From Acanthaster planci (Eukaryota), in the NCBI RefSeq assembly GCF_001949145.1, contig NW_019091401.1:1178001-1240000 (forward strand): a DNA stretch of 62,000 nucleotides, read 5' to 3'. Made by a program: the position numbers and the translations under genes. The notes beneath the pieces were generated by a model that searched no databases, was not told where the DNA came from, and was given only the letters and a program-made list of their open reading frames with translations. This document shows positions 50,229 through 62,000 of this stretch, piece by piece (positions within the stretch are counted from its first letter, which is position 1; the number at the start of each line of letters is the position of its first letter).

Positions 50229-52998
50229 ATTTTCTACTTCTCACAAAAGAACAGAGGCTTCAACAGCTTGTCCCTTACTCTTCGCATAAATTCAATATAG
50301 GCCTATTCTTGATTTCTGGAGTACTAAATGAATGCTGGATAAGGGTAGGAGAAAATACTAAAAGCAAACATCAACACACTCCCTGAAATCAAATGAAGAG
50401 CCTTGTCATATGCATTGGTCCTTCCTCCGTCTCGTTTTGACTTAGCACACGGCATGCTATTGAAATTGCAATATCCTCTGCATGCAACACGCGCTTCCAA
50501 TCACCTTTCGAATCAACGATCCACTGTCGTGGAAGAAAAGACGATGATTTGTAACGTATGACCGGGGGCGAAGATGTTTGAAATACCCACTCACTTGCTC
50601 TTCGACGGTATCAGATGCGATCTGCTGAGTATTTTATTACTGCAGTGTTTGCCAGAGCCAGAAAAGACCACCTGACAACTAGGGACTTGGATGGCGCAAA
50701 CCGCTCACTGGGCCAGATAGTCAGTTTTGCTCCACGCTAATTGCCGATGATAACTGCACACACCTTGTAAAGGTTGATCATTTGCCAGGTTCCTCTTTGG
50801 TGGAAAGAACTATATACCATTTGCCTGCATCTCTTCTGCAAAATCGAGCTATAAGAGCGAGATCCCACATTGTCCACAACGACATCAAGTAATCATCAAG
50901 CACACAAGCCAAGTAAAATACTACCGACATGAAGCGAAGAGATGTGCTTATTATGCGCGTTGCCCAAAGCTGTCGGACTCCTTTGAATCAAGTTGACATC
51001 ACGGCAACGAAAACGCTAATGATAATTATCCATAGTAACGCTCTGCAGGAGAAAGCAAGCTAAAAGTGATTAGTAACATAAAAAAAGGCCCAAATAACAT
51101 TATTTCCGCGGCCGGCGTTTGAATAATGAACTTGGCGAGCGTTAATTGCGAGTCTGTGGCGACGATCGTTATAGCAATAGCAGCCGAGACCACTAGCTTC
51201 TTCCCGCTTGAATTATCACTCCATCATCCATTGTTGGAATTATTCATCAGTTTCATTGCCAACCGAGCCGGTGACCATGGCAAATGGTAGACAGTGTTTT
51301 CCTGAAAAAGGATCACCAGTTCCAAATGCATGCACAACTGGCCCGGCCTCCAGGCTATTTGGGCTTCAGCCTCTCGACGGCAGTGCTGGTTGATGCAACC
51401 CTGCCGGGAAATCTGGCGCCGAGTTCAAAGCCAAAATTCTGAGCCAGATTTTGGGCTGTTTTTGCAAGGGCGCAAACTCGCCCTGGACACGCTTCTCCTG
51501 GACATGTATTGCCTGACCCTGTCACAAGTAAATGAGACAGATGCTCGTCCGGCATTTGTATGTCCCCCTCCCCCTATTCTCTCCCCTTCCCCCGTCTCTC
51601 TCTGGGCTTCTCTGCTGGGTCAAATTGATGAGGTTTGACGACAATCGAATATTGACAAGTAGCCCTTCAGCATGCTACTTACCGATGTGATGTGGTCTCC
51701 TTTCAATAAATTGCATTTTGTCCGGCAGAGATTATGAAAATCGCTGAGAAAGACACTAGGTGTCGCCGACGGCTATTCTGTGACATACAGAAGATTCTGT
51801 AATTTGGCGTAGGGCCTATGACAATGAGAAAATTATTCGGAGCTTAAAAAGTATAAACGATATGGAGCTCAGCGGGGAAGCATAAAGGCCCCTTTACATA
51901 TTGTTATGCATGTATTTGGGGTGCATTGCGTGCACGATGAATTCATACCTTTCACTTTCACAAAAATCTACTGCATTAACATAGTACATGTATGCGTTTA
52001 CGTTTGGCTGTCAAAATGGCCACGGGAGCGATTTTGACGGATACACAACGCTTGGCGCAAGTGTTGACGCGCATAATTAGGGAAAGGCGCCTTAAGATGG
52101 AACAAAGTGTCGTCGTTTTGAAGTGTGTAGCTTTTCGGCTGCAAAAAAAAATTGCCGACACCACAATTAAAGTGAGAAACTTGAGAGGAACTATGCCACA
52201 GATATTCCGAATCAAGGCAATATTGGACGAGCAAATTTTGTCTTCCGGTACTGGTCACAAAAAAGCAAACTTCACGCAAACGAGGGATTTACACGATGCT
52301 GTGGCTTAGTCGCTAAATTAAAAAAAAATCATTATACACGTATTAGTGTTCAGGGCGTGGGGCAAGAAACACAGTAGAGGTGCATTGAAAATGGATCAAA
52401 GTCAAAGCACAAGTTAAAACATAAACTATTTAAACGCTGAAAAAATTTCAGATTTAACCGCGATTTCAATACACAGCTGAAGTATAGGCCTATCTCTGGA
52501 TAAGCTGAGGTAATGTGAGGCAGTAGTTGCTTTGCAGATACACACATCCATCACATGTCAATTAATCGAATTGGTCGAATATGCTAATTCGACCAATAAT
52601 TCGACCAGTGGATAAAGACTTTGTGCAGATTTCTCGTGCTCTTGTTCACATCTTAAGTACTTCCAAAGGATGGTGTTTCACAGTTATTCCGATTTGTTTT
52701 CATGCAGTTCTGTATTTACGCACCCTTGGATGAAAATTGGTACGGTATGTTTGGGAGAGTTGGCCCATGACATCGCTGACTGTAGGTGCAACCTATTAAT
52801 ACTTATATATATACGTAGGAAATGTTTTCAAATATATGAGATAGAACGCTCATTATGTAGAGATGTGGTAGATCATATCTTGGGCAACATTAATGATGGC
52901 AACGGAAAATCACGTGACCTCGACTCTTAGTGCAACCGTAAGTCAGCGTATGATTTCACAACAGCGCACTGATTCTAACTATGTTGACGTTCATTTTA

Positions 52999-53601
52999 GG
53001 AACTGTCCATAAAGAAGCCTATGTACGCACAAAGGGGGAGGGGCTGGTGTCACTGCGTACACCATGCACACGGGGGGGGGTTAAGCCAGTATGCAAACCG
53101 AAAATTTGCCTGCAATGAATTTTCATCATATCAATGCACTCTCTCATACAAATAAATACCAGAATCAGCTTTTATGCGTCGAAAAACCATTCCAACACAG
53201 TATCCTCCACTGTCCCCCCACCATTGATCCTCCTGTTCCAGCGCCAATTATTAGTAAACCGCAACATTACTCATGCCAGAAAGACCGGCAGCGTCTTCAA
53301 GAAACGTACAGGTCCTTTCCACGTGTGTAAGAGACAAAACGGCACCAGAATTTTTTTTAATTCAACATCTTTTTAAGCTGCCAAGTAAATATTTTCCAGG
53401 GCCGTTAATTAAGAAATATCAATATAAAAACCTGTTATTACTTTGTCATGTATTTAAGAATTTGGAAGCGACGTGCGAATAAGAGTACTACCCTGGGAAG
53501 TCAAAAGGGGGGATGGGTGGAGCCACTGTGTACGCCATGCATACAATAGGAGGGGGTCTGAAAAGTCGGCATTTCGGGCGCACGTACTTTATAGACGGCC
53601 C
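52999..53601. mobile_element. PIF/Harbinger (Tourist)-like MITE
   Basis: tta|ggaactgtccataaag..gtacgc ... gcgcacgtactttatagacggccc; internal direct repeat cactg.gtac.ccatgca. Confidence 0.6.
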
Positions 53602-54905
53602 TTCAGCACGAGATCAAATGCACCTAGTGCCTCTGCAATCCTGCATCAATCGATCAATCTACATATATTTCGCTAAATGTGCAGGCGATTTCACGCTGAG
53701 TGTTTAATAAGGTATTCCTGGAAAATGGAATTCGTTTGTGTGTTAATAGAAGTCACATTCTTAGATTGTGCCCCAATCACATTATGCAGCGAAGTAAAAG
53801 AACTTTAAGAAATATAGACCGACAATCAAGCACCCCAAAGATGAATAATTCCCCAACCTAGTGCAGAAACCAAGACAAGTTGCATTTTCCTAACACCCCA
53901 ACAAGATTATTTGGATCGATACTTTGGTCAGATTTTCATTACATTTTATTTGTCTATACTGTCATAAAGGTCGTAATTTGTGTACAGGCCGACGGTAACA
54001 AGGACACTAGTCATAACCCTGTGCATTATTTCTACTCTAATTCTGCGCAGAACTTGGGAATTCAAATTACGACAGATGAAAAGGAGAACTCAGAACTGCC
54101 GTGGTCACAATAGAAGAAAGATTTTCAGCGAAAAAAATTGCACATTTTGTTGCAACCGGCAACGAATACGCCAAACCGACTCGCCAATCACGTATTACAA
54201 ATACGTGGTTGGGGATTCGGTTTGACTCTTCAAGGAAAAATAACGAGCAATGATTTATTTAAAGTATGCAAAATGAAGTCAAATGCTTGTTATTGCGGAA
54301 TTGAAACCAGGTGAAACGTCTTTTTCCAAAATCTGCGCCTACTTAAATTTTATTTTACAAATTAATTAGCACATTTTTGGAAAGTGGTCATATTATTGGG
54401 GTTTCCCCTTGAACCCACGAGGCAGGTGAAATGTTCCGCCTCGTTAAATGGAACATTCCATCTTCATCGAATGATGTGATTCCTATCAATGCACCTCGTG
54501 AGGATTCATACCTATCTCCTGATAAATCCTTGCATCACTCACGAGTTCAGACACTGAGTTCTACTCTTTGCAGAGCAGTTACCCATTGTGTCGAAATAAT
54601 TCAAAGATATGAATACGAAGATAAGAATTTATTCCTTAGTGTATGGTGTCTGCGTACATGCTGAACGCGTGCAATAACCCGCTTGGAAAACTTAATACCA
54701 TCTGTCTTTCTTTTACCACTTGGGGTACACTTCAACTCGGGGGGGATAAGGTTCTACGTTCACTTGCAATGTTCGTGCAAGCATTTTTAGTGTGTAGAAA
54801 TATCTTCAAGTTGGTACATGTAACTGTAAAGGTATAAGCTCGTGTTTTTTGTTGTTGTTTTTTGCTGGAATTTACTACGATTTGACAATTAGGAATCCCC
54901 CGATC

Positions 54906-55134
54906 CAGTGGCGTAGCTAGGATTTTACTGGTGGGGGCACAAACGGGCACCAGCATCTAAGCTTATGGGGGGCACTAGCTTTCAGTGGTGTGTTTTTTGG
55001 GGGGAGGGGGTAAGTTTTGTTAGCCTAATTAGTATCCATTCATCCGTTTTTTTTGGGGGGGGGGGCAACCTGGGGAGCAACGGGAATTTGTGGGGGGGCA
55101 CGTTCCCCTAAGCACCCCCCTGGCTATGCCACTG
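54906..55134 (+). mobile_element. hAT-like MITE (CAGTGGCGTAGC family)
   Basis: TIR cagtggcgtagc / gctatgccactg; colinear with reverse complement of 22222-22430. Confidence 0.8.
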
Positions 55135-55529
55135 CCACTCCTTTAAAAGTTGAGAGGACCTCTTTCCACCTTTACAGTTGACGTTCAAAAATCGTAACAA
55201 CTGCGCTGCACACCAATTTGCTGTAGCTGCCCAAAAGATACCGGTAGCAATCGGATAGAGGAAAGTCTCACCACAAATCGACTTATTGCACGTGAGTACC
55301 AAGTTCATGGGGTATTACGCGTAAATTCATGCTGAGGAAAAAAGTAGCAGTGACGCCTTAAATGTTATTTAGAATGCCACTACACGACCCGAATAAACAG
55401 GCTATGGGATGAAAGGCACTAAATCGTTCTAGAAAATGAGACAAGCCAATGACAACTATCAAAATTAATGTGGGGTCTTATCGTGGTTGAGTGATGGGGT
55501 TTCTCCATCATTAAATCGTTCATCAATGC

Positions 55530-56390
55530 AGGCATCAATACGGGCATGTAAGCGCCACCATGGTACGGAAACGGCTCTTGCCCGACTTCAAAATGATATT
55601 TGGAAAAATATGGATAAGGGCAAAGTCTCCATTCTGGTGTTTCTTGATTTAAGTGCTGCTTTTGATGCACTTGATCATGACATTTTGCTTCATCGATTAA
55701 GGACACATGTTGGAGTCTCACAAAATACCTTTGACTGGTTTTCTTCTTACCTTAGAGACCGTTTACAAAGAGTTCAGATTCCGTCTTTATCGCCTGATGG
55801 TCGGAGTAGATCGGATGTCGGAACCATGAGTGACGCCTATACACTTAAGTATGGTGTTCCCCAGGGCTCTGTACTGGGACCACTTTTATTCAATGTGTAT
55901 ATGTTGCCATTAGGGGATGTTATTCGGCATAATGGACTGAGTTGTCATTTTTATGCAGATGACACTCAGTTGTATTTGTCAGCACAGCCAACTGCCAGTA
56001 ACATACAGCAACAAGTGTCAGTTTTGGAAAAATGCTGTGACGACATCAGATGTTGGATGGCGATTAATTTTTTGAAGCTAAATGATGATAAGACAGATCT
56101 GCTTATCCTTGGATCGCATATGTCGTTAAGCAAGGATGTTTTCTGTGGCTATTCCCCGTCTCTGGAGCCAGCTTGAAGTTCATCTTAGAGAGTCTAGGAA
56201 TGTGGAGAGTTTTAAAACCGGGCTGGAGACGCACCTTTATAAACAAGCATTTTAAGTTTCTTAGTATTGATTTTAATTATGGTACATGTAGGTTGTATTA
56301 ATTTATTTATATTTTGATATACAGCGCCTAGGAGCAGCTTGATGGATTGGGCGCTTTATAAATGTCAATTATTATTGTTATTATTATCAT
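55530..56390 (+). mobile_element. L2-clade LINE fragment: open RT core plus 3' tail
   Basis: HGTETAL, LDLSAAFD.LDH, GVPQGSVLGPLLF, FYADDTQLY, LKLNDDKT; 3' stem-loop agcgcc..ggcgct and (ATT)n tail at 56324-56390; ORF2 C-terminus missing. Confidence 0.92.
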
Positions 56391-56395
56391 GATAA

Positions 56396-56559
56396 GTGCG
56401 CCTCCAAGAGTTTACAACGCGTTGGCCAATCACAACGGGCGAAATCTGTCGACTCAAAGCACGTTTGGGAAGGGTAGACACAACGCGCGTTATGTTGGGC
56501 AACGCGTTGCAAACTCTTGGAGGCGCACTATTTTAAATTGCCCGTATTGCCTCTGCAGC
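56396..56559 (-). repeat. Palindromic MITE-like repeat (second copy)
   Basis: Same arms as 35296-35431, with the shared flank inverted. Confidence 0.85.
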
Positions 56560-57533
56560 CCCTTTCTAGTCGTGTTGATGTAGTACTTCTATTCAAATTT
56601 TAAGACCCTCAATCAGTTGGCCTTCTATTACGTTTTGTTGAAGGTGTTGTAAAATATACATATATTCGGCCAAGGTTTAGTTTTAAACGTTTACTTGTCA
56701 CACTGGACTGATACCGGTAACTCTGCTTTGGTGTTGTTACATATTTGATAGCAAATGCAAATTTCATTTTCTCAACTTCAGTTACCCTTTATCCTTCTAC
56801 ATTGCAATGATTGTCATCTAAATGATACTCATTAAGGAGAAAGCACTACATGCAGGAATGTACTGAAAGGTTCTGTTCCATCTTAGGTAAAAATTTTGTC
56901 GCAGCCATTGTTTGGAGTCATGTACACAAAGAATAATTTCTCTCAGTTGTTTTCTAGAATGGGATTTATGATTTCGAGAAAATCTGACAAAAAGGTTAAG
57001 TAGTTCTGGAAATACTTGAATGGGGGAAAATAAATATCACGTCAACAGTTTGACATAATATCCTGCGCTTTTTGTTCCTTCTAATCATTATCCTCATTTA
57101 AGCTGTTTACGGTTACAAAAAAAATCAACAGATTTAGCACTGTCAAACACACCCTTTGAGAACTGGACGAATCCGCACGAAGTGTATTCAACGCACGCTG
57201 TTTGTCTTACATGTACGCCTGGCACGCGTTAATAGTCATGCGTGCACATTGCACTTTTAGCCCCTGCCAACAGATGGTCCCTCATCCACACAATTCACGA
57301 ACTTAAAGCTAGGTCGTTTCGAAATGTTGAATGCATCATTTTCCTCCAGCAAAGACGCCAAGACGAAAAAACGTTTTCTAAACTGACACCAAATAGTTGT
57401 CGACCAAGAAAAATACCCGTTATCACAACTATTAAATCTCGACTTGACTAAAATTACCCTCCCCACCACCAATTACCCTGTCATATCTGAGCTCAACAAA
57501 CCAACATAAAAACAAAATGTTTCAAACATTAAA

Positions 57534-57539
57534 TTTATT
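57534..57539 (-). terminator. Probable polyadenylation signal of TSEN54
   Basis: AATAAA on - strand followed by a GT/T-rich tract, ~890 nt after the stop. Confidence 0.55.
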
Positions 57540-58426
57540 TCAATGCATAACTAAAGAATAACTTACAAACAAAAATATATCGTATATGTACAATTCAATG
57601 ACATTACGAAAATCCGAATTTTGTGACATGTGGACATGGTGACTAATCCTTAAAAATATTCTAAACGTTTGCTTTGTAGCTTCGTAACAAATACCCAAAC
57701 AGTGAGACACTGGGAAACTGGAAGAACGATTTCCAAATCAATGTAATTAGAAATATCAAGATCATCAACTTGTTCATTTAGTATTACTATGATGCCTACA
57801 ATTTTCAAGACAAATGGAAAGTGTTCACAAAGTACACTTTTTGGGGGGGGTTGAATAACGTGACATTTTCTGGGCATTAGATCAGAACTCTGTGGATATT
57901 GTTCCAGTGTTGAAAATAACAAGATCCTTTGACTCGTGATTAGATGCACAACTTGGTGACATGCAATTTGTAATCAACACACGTTAGACTGTACATATGT
58001 ATATGCATAACGGCACTGGAATAAATGTGACCCTAAAAACTGACCAAAAACCTCACAAAGCCATTGATATTTTGCTTCTTGCTGACTATCGATCCTTATT
58101 AGTCAAAATGCCAACATCATGTGACTGATTAATCACTTACATAAAAGAGACCCTAAAAATGTAGGAGACAAAAGACCAGTGCCTGCAAGGATATAAACTT
58201 CCTTATCTGGGTGCCCAGAATGACTCCATCCAAGCAGCAACCAGACTACAACAAGCAGATAAAGTCAAAGTGACAAAGGAAGTCTGCCAAAAATGTGAAA
58301 AGCTTTAAGGTGCAGGTGCCAACTCGTGCCCGTGCTAAGGTGTGTATCTAGATAAAAATGGCTCATTCTCATTGACAGGATGCTGTGAATATCCACAGCC
58401 ACACATTGAGAAAGTTCTTAACTCTT

Positions 58427-58580
58427 CTAGCCCAGACTGATGTCAGTAGACAGCTCGATCCCTTTAAGAGTGTAAAAGGTGATGTCTCCATTGTCCACGA
58501 CAGCCACCAGGAGTGTGATAGCACTGGCTTGCTGCAGAAGGTTAGCCAGGGTCAACAAGTCAGGTACAGCATCTGTCACT
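58427..58580 (-). CDS. TSEN54: tRNA-splicing endonuclease subunit Sen54, last exon
   Basis: Acceptor tctttctttgatag; VTDAVPDLLTLANLLQQASAITLLVAVVDNGDITFYTLKGIELSTDISLG* resembles the TSEN54 C-terminus (PVPDL..L......PLIFALVDHGDISFYSF). Confidence 0.88.
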
Positions 58581-58820
58581 CTATCAAAGAAAGAGACATT
58601 ACATGGAGATAGTTGTTTTCACAACACAGAAAAATGGAGAAATTTGCCCTTGGGACAAAGCATTCCTGCTTGTCTTGTATTTGCCTGTGTGAACTTCTGC
58701 TTCGATAACTTAACCCTGCCAGCAACTTTTTTAGTGATATTGGCTCTGTGCCAACATGTTTAAAGCAATGCATGCTCTGTGATTTCTATGCCAAAAAAAT
58801 AAAAAATAATGAATTTGTAC

Positions 58821-58890
58821 TGGTGGAACTCGAACCCCTGACTTTGTTTACTAGGGTGGATATCTCAACCACTTGATCCCTCAGCTTGCC
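58821..58890 (-). pseudogene. tRNA-like sequence / SINE head in the last TSEN54 intron
   Basis: - strand: GATCAAGTGG (A-box-like), GGGGTTCGAGTTCC (B-box/T-arm), ends CACCA, oligo-T ~15 nt downstream; acceptor stem does not pair. Confidence 0.45.
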
Positions 58891-58931
58891 GGGGTCAGTG
58901 GCTTCAAATCAACTACAGCAGTTGCTTCCAT

Positions 58932-59240
58932 GGGGTTATTCCATGTCATTTCAACAAATTTAGACTTTATTTTATGAATGAAGTCCATTTCAAGAGCTTT
59001 AAAATGATGCAAATTTTATCTCTGTAGGTGCTTTACATCTGGAGATACTGCTGTCCAACCAAAGCAGGTCAAGCTAATTAGTCACATGCTCGTTAACCCC
59101 TATCTCAAAAACCAACTTGCTGATTGGCACATAATTTCAGTTCTGGGGGTTTCTCAAAGAATCCAATCAGCACACCAATTTTCATTTCAATCTGTGACGG
59201 TCCGGTCCAAAAGCGCGCTGAATCGACATGGAATGACCCC
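58932..59240. mobile_element. MITE with 22-bp TIR, superfamily unassigned
   Basis: ggggttattccatgtcatttca / tgaatcgacatggaatgacccc. Confidence 0.75.
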
Positions 59241-59441
59241 ACAGTCAATAAATGCTAGTGGAAGTTTCTTCCGAAGTGGATATGATGCGAAATTCTAACC
59301 CATACTAGTTTGATTATCAACTGCCATGAGTTATGGATCAGCATGAGTGGAGATGGATGAACTAAATGGCAAGTTGTTCAGCAGAAAAATCATCAAAGAA
59401 AACGACTGTTTCAGAGTGTTGCTTTGGTGGTTTTGGAGGGC

Positions 59442-59652
59442 AATAGACCATATTCGCGGCATGCCCAATTTCACCCGTATTCCTGAACGTACAGTATAAA
59501 TTTGAAACCCTGAATGGGATGGTACCAGATGCTTTGGGGGGTCAGAATGAAATCATAGAATACAGTCTGGTGCTTTGAATGTAACATTTTCAAATAAATA
59601 CACTACATTGGGGAATATGACTGAAATTGGGTCCCCACGAATAGGACCTATT
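59442..59652. mobile_element. MITE with ~41-bp degenerate TIR (AATAG...CTATT ends)
   Basis: aatagaccatattcgcggcatgcccaatttcacccgtattcc / ggaatatgactgaaattgggtccccacgaataggacctatt. Confidence 0.7.
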
Positions 59653-60025
59653 CTAAAACCTAAGGACACACAAGATATTCTTGCTTATTACTGTTCTCAT
59701 GTCATTTTGCCTCCCGGAAAGATTTTATCAGGATCAGAATGTCATGTTTCAGAACATGTACATAATACTGTCATTCCAGCTAGTACACACTTTTTGGTGG
59801 CCACTGTTTGCTTTTTTTCTAGTTGTTTTCCAAAATCTAAAACTCCCAAGCACCAGCCACATGATAAAACAAAGGAAATTTGACATCTGAACCACAATAT
59901 CTGATCAACACAAGCTGGTGAAGGCTATGTGCCCCTAGCAATAAGGTGGTTCTTTAACCTTTTCATTTGCATGTTTACTTAGCCATTCAGTGCAGAGTGA
60001 ATGATTCTAAGAGTCCTTTGTATAC

Positions 60026-60139
60026 CTTGCAACAACAACGTGGAATTTGGGTCGACCAGGCTGTGTTTTCTTGTAGGTTGGACTCGGGAGAAAAACGTCA
60101 AACGCGAGTTTAATGGTAGCCCCGTGCGCCGGAGACAAT
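60026..60139 (-). CDS. TSEN54: TSEN54 penultimate exon (114 nt)
   Basis: cctag|...|gtatac, phase 2-2; LSPAHGATIKLAFDVFLPSPTYKKTQPGRPKFHVVVAR matches FDVY....FRK..PG.P. Confidence 0.88.
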
Positions 60140-60894
60140 CTAGGGAATGGAATATTAAGAAGACCTCAGTGGTTAATTTCTGAAACAACTTCTCTTTGAG
60201 AAGACAATTGGTTCAGAAATAAGAATGAAATATAATCAAAGTATGCCTTGGTTATCAGAGAGACACAGATACAATGCATCCAATGGAAGAAGAGTGCTTG
60301 GTCCTTTTGTGAGGCCATGCAAGGGCTTCTGTAGTACCACACACCACATGCAGACACTTGACTCCAAATGTACTGAGGGTATGCACCACACATGGCTGAT
60401 TTTCATCAGAATGTGCACTAAACCTGTACTCTCATAGCATAGGTGCTGGGCACATGGTGGCAGTTGTATTCAAGTTTGTTTCACACTGTATGTCTGTTTG
60501 TCATGGCAATGGGGTATTTGGGAATATGGTCCACGGCCATAGTTCCGTTTGCATAAGATTTTTTGGTGCACCTTTGACAACACACAGCTGTCACCAGGAG
60601 AATCTCATGACTGCGATATGGGCATTTGCAAAGCAACAATGCCAGGATAGCGGTGGAATTGCACTGTGTAAATTAAAACTGGAAATGCAGCTGCCGCATT
60701 GTAATGACCCGTGTTGTTGTTTTTTTTGAGCCAAACTGTCCTGCATCTATCAAAATCTAACACCTGATTTTGATTGATTTTAATGGATGAGACTGCAGAC
60801 AAGCCAGCTTCTAGTACTCCATTTGATGATTAGAGAGTCAATGTTGTACGAAGAACAGACCAGTGGCTTACTGCAAGAGGCAGTGAGCACTTAA

Positions 60895-61481
60895 CCACTT
60901 CCTGCCGGGGACTCCAGGATCGGAGACGTATGGTTCATATGGGTGGCCGGGGTCTCTGAACTCGGACAAAGGAAACAGGGCCCTGTAACAAAGACCGTGC
61001 TCCCAACAAAAGACCAGGCTGCTGGGCATTACCGGCATTTTTCACTCTCAAAAGTGGGTATAATCCAGCCTTGTTTTGAAACCGTATACCAGGGTTTGGG
61101 GCATTGAGAGCGAGCAGATTACCACTGGGGACAAAAGCTCTCCACCACCGCAGCGATGAGCCACACAGCACCGCTGCACGCTTCTCTGGCCCCTACTGAA
61201 AAGAGGTCAGCAGTGCACTAAGCCAGGTTCGCGAACAAAAGACAGTTATACAACACCGCACAATCTGGGCTCTGTTTACAAGGCTGCTGGCCTGGCTGAA
61301 ATACTCAGGCGTCAATGAAAGTCACCTGTCAACTTAGAGTAGTGCCTAAAGATTACTTGGTGCGGCTATAAATGACCGTTAAATGAAATGATGAATTTTT
61401 GAAGGGTTTTGAAAACGGAAAAAATGATAGTCATGCCAGCCCAGCATCATCAACATTGAAAAATGCCCCGGCACGAAACGA
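60895..61481. mobile_element. piggyBac-like non-autonomous element (TTAA-flanked)
   Basis: TTAA|ccacttcctgccgggg ... ccccggcacgaaacga|TTAA, 12/16 TIR match. Confidence 0.6.
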
Positions 61482-61546
61482 TTAAGGGTCCAATGGGTAA
61501 AGGGGGACTACTGCCATGACCCAAAAGGGAAGAATCTTACACCTAC

Positions 61547-61607
61547 CTGACATGTTCAGATGTTACATTAGCACTGTTAACAACCTGCAGCCTGTTCAGT
61601 AGATTTC
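61547..61607 (-). CDS. TSEN54: TSEN54 61-nt exon (gene continues beyond window)
   Basis: ttttatctag|...|gtaggt, phase 1-2; NLLNRLQVVNSANVTSEHVR joins in frame to the next two exons. Confidence 0.75.
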
Positions 61608-62000
61608 CTAGATAAAATCCACAAAGAAAATAGTCATTTTCAAGAATTGTTTTAGAGCCCTGTATTACGTAAACTATTTAACTCACAACCCAAATGCCCA
61701 CTGTGACTGGTACAGGCCTATTGTAAAGTGCTCTTATTGGAGAGGCAAGGGTGGGCAAATGGGATTGGCTGCCAAGCCAATGTTCAATCTACAATCTATG
61801 GCCAAACTCGATCAAGGACAATATTTAACAATAGTTCCACTAACTCTGCTTGAATGCACGCTCGTCGACGAGGCTTGGACTAGTCTAGTCACCTATTCAC
61901 GACCAGTCTATCGAGGTTGGTCGCATTGTTGGTTGCCATAAACCGTTTGTAATAGCACAGTGCAGAGAGGACCAGTTATAAGAAAAATGCAGGAAAAACA

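Noticed and set aside
49440..50289. Overlapping + strand ORFs (171 and 126 aa); likewise - strand ORFs within 1189-2268
   Set aside because: Antisense shadows of real coding exons
51992..52309. 105-aa ORF
   Set aside because: No recognisable domain or splice context; probably non-coding
60700..60985. Weak resemblance to RNase MRP RNA on - strand (GGCCCTGTTTCCT, GGAGTCCCCGG, ACACGGGTCATT)
   Set aside because: Lacks the GAAAGUCCCC and GGGGCU P4 consensus, no P1 stem, and the span crosses a transposon boundary

Overview
Eukaryotic (metazoan, probably marine invertebrate) genomic DNA, AT-rich and dense in transposon remnants, with two N gaps. Host genes: (i) an uncharacterised ~325-aa ORF (+, 1238-2215) with an upstream RFX X-box-like site; (ii) a two-exon class A GPCR (-, 50228-49411 + 39825-39501, ~380 aa) lacking the canonical TM3-ECL2 disulfide cysteines; (iii) the last three coding exons of TSEN54 (-, 61607-58427), which the ORF track misses. 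Mobile DNA: a 5.8-kb internally deleted Polinton/Maverick (adintovirus-like) element with ~140-155-bp terminal inverted repeats, decayed Gypsy and BEL/Pao LTR elements, two CR1/L2-type LINE fragments, a 1.47-kb foldback element and about a dozen MITEs (hAT-, Harbinger-, Kolobok- and piggyBac-like). The most unexplained signal is a TTAA-flanked 587-bp element in a TSEN54 intron carrying a run of hairpins whose mismatches are G-U pairs on one strand, suggesting a transposon-borne structured RNA. All calls were made by eye; no searches were run.
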